Assembly: GCF_000143415.4 (NCBI RefSeq)
Contig: NW_003314292.1
Location: forward strand, 1,371,498 to 1,435,497
Length of the DNA stretch: 64,000 nt
Origin: Selaginella moellendorffii
Taxonomy: Eukaryota; Plantae; Lycopodiophyta
Direction of reading: 5' to 3'
The translations under genes and the position numbers were made by a program. This document shows, piece by piece, positions 63,316-64,000 of this stretch. The stretch's first letter is position 1. Each line of letters opens with the position of its first letter. The notes beneath the pieces were generated by a model, which was not told the DNA's origin, ran no database searches, and saw nothing but the letters and a program-made list of their open reading frames with translations.

Positions 63316-64000
63316 TTACATCGAAGTTTGCTGCACTGCAGCCACCACCACTCTCACGAGCCATAAAGATCGGTGCCAGAGCCTTCCTGCTAGGCTGGAT
63401 GGACACCGGAAGCCATAGTAGAGCCTGTGGCCCAGGAGATTGTTGAAAAAGTTATGTCCGAGAGCAAGCACACCATATAGTCCGCCGCCGCTCCCAGCAG
63501 CCCTCTCCCTTCGGCCTGGACAGCTTCCAGCCCCTCCTGAGCAGTGACAGTGGTGCGATTCTCTGGATTTACAGTGGCTGCCTGAACCTCTTGCTGCGAG
63601 GTAGAGGCCCGTCGATTTGTCGAGGCCCATTGCCTTGAGGACGACTTCTCCGGTGGACACTTCCCGCCTCTCGTTGTAGACGAGGCGCTTCTTGGCAAAG
63701 TTTTGCTCTCGGTACTTTCATAGTATCTCTTGTTCTTCCGGTTTGAAGATGGCAAGGCACCTAAGAGAAGCTTGTCAGTGCGAAAGTCAAAAGTAAGTAC
63801 CCATCTAGAATCGGAGAAAGTGGCGGAGCCTGCTCATGATCTGGTTGCTCAGCAACATAACGTCCGGTTTGAAACGAGTCTTGACATCGTGTCTAAGCGA
63901 TTTGATAAAGTGTTCTGAATCATAAATGCCTCTGCAACATCAAAAACAACTGTTTGCTCTTTATCATAACCAAGGAAGAGAGCAAAAGATAAAAGTGTTA
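63316..64000 (-). pseudogene. Third O-fucosyltransferase pseudogene copy (runs off the window)
   Basis: MGLDKSTGLYLAA, EGRGLLGAAADYMVCLLSD and NNLLGHRLYYGF; colinear with 50150-50850. Confidence 0.85.

Overview
Plant nuclear DNA. The compact GC-rich genes with ~50-70 nt introns and the style of PLS-class PPR genes suggest a lycophyte such as Selaginella (inference). The intact genes lie at 22.8-25.2 kb and 34-46 kb: a GPI-type GH17/X8 beta-1,3-glucanase, an ACP-like gene lacking its serine, a head-to-head E-type and DYW-type PPR pair, a CDPK, chorismate synthase and an STP sugar transporter. Around them is a shuffled landscape of local direct and inverted segmental duplications carrying fragments of BCS1-like AAA ATPase, ACP, PPR, O-fucosyltransferase, STP and chorismate synthase. 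These duplications also carry six intact copies and one decayed copy of an unrecognised ~255-aa multi-pass membrane protein gene. The AT-rich stretches hold decayed retroelements, a complete 5S-rRNA-bearing Cassandra TRIM, a long foldback and a cyanovirin-N-homolog gene with a premature stop. The most striking signal is STP intron 2 (268 nt). It parses exactly into four back-to-back intron-sized units (66/64/71/67 nt) joined by AG|GTAA junctions, a candidate recursive-splicing (zero-length exon) architecture. There is a 100-N assembly gap at 15574-15673. All alignments were made by eye, so the boundaries of repeats and decayed elements are approximate.
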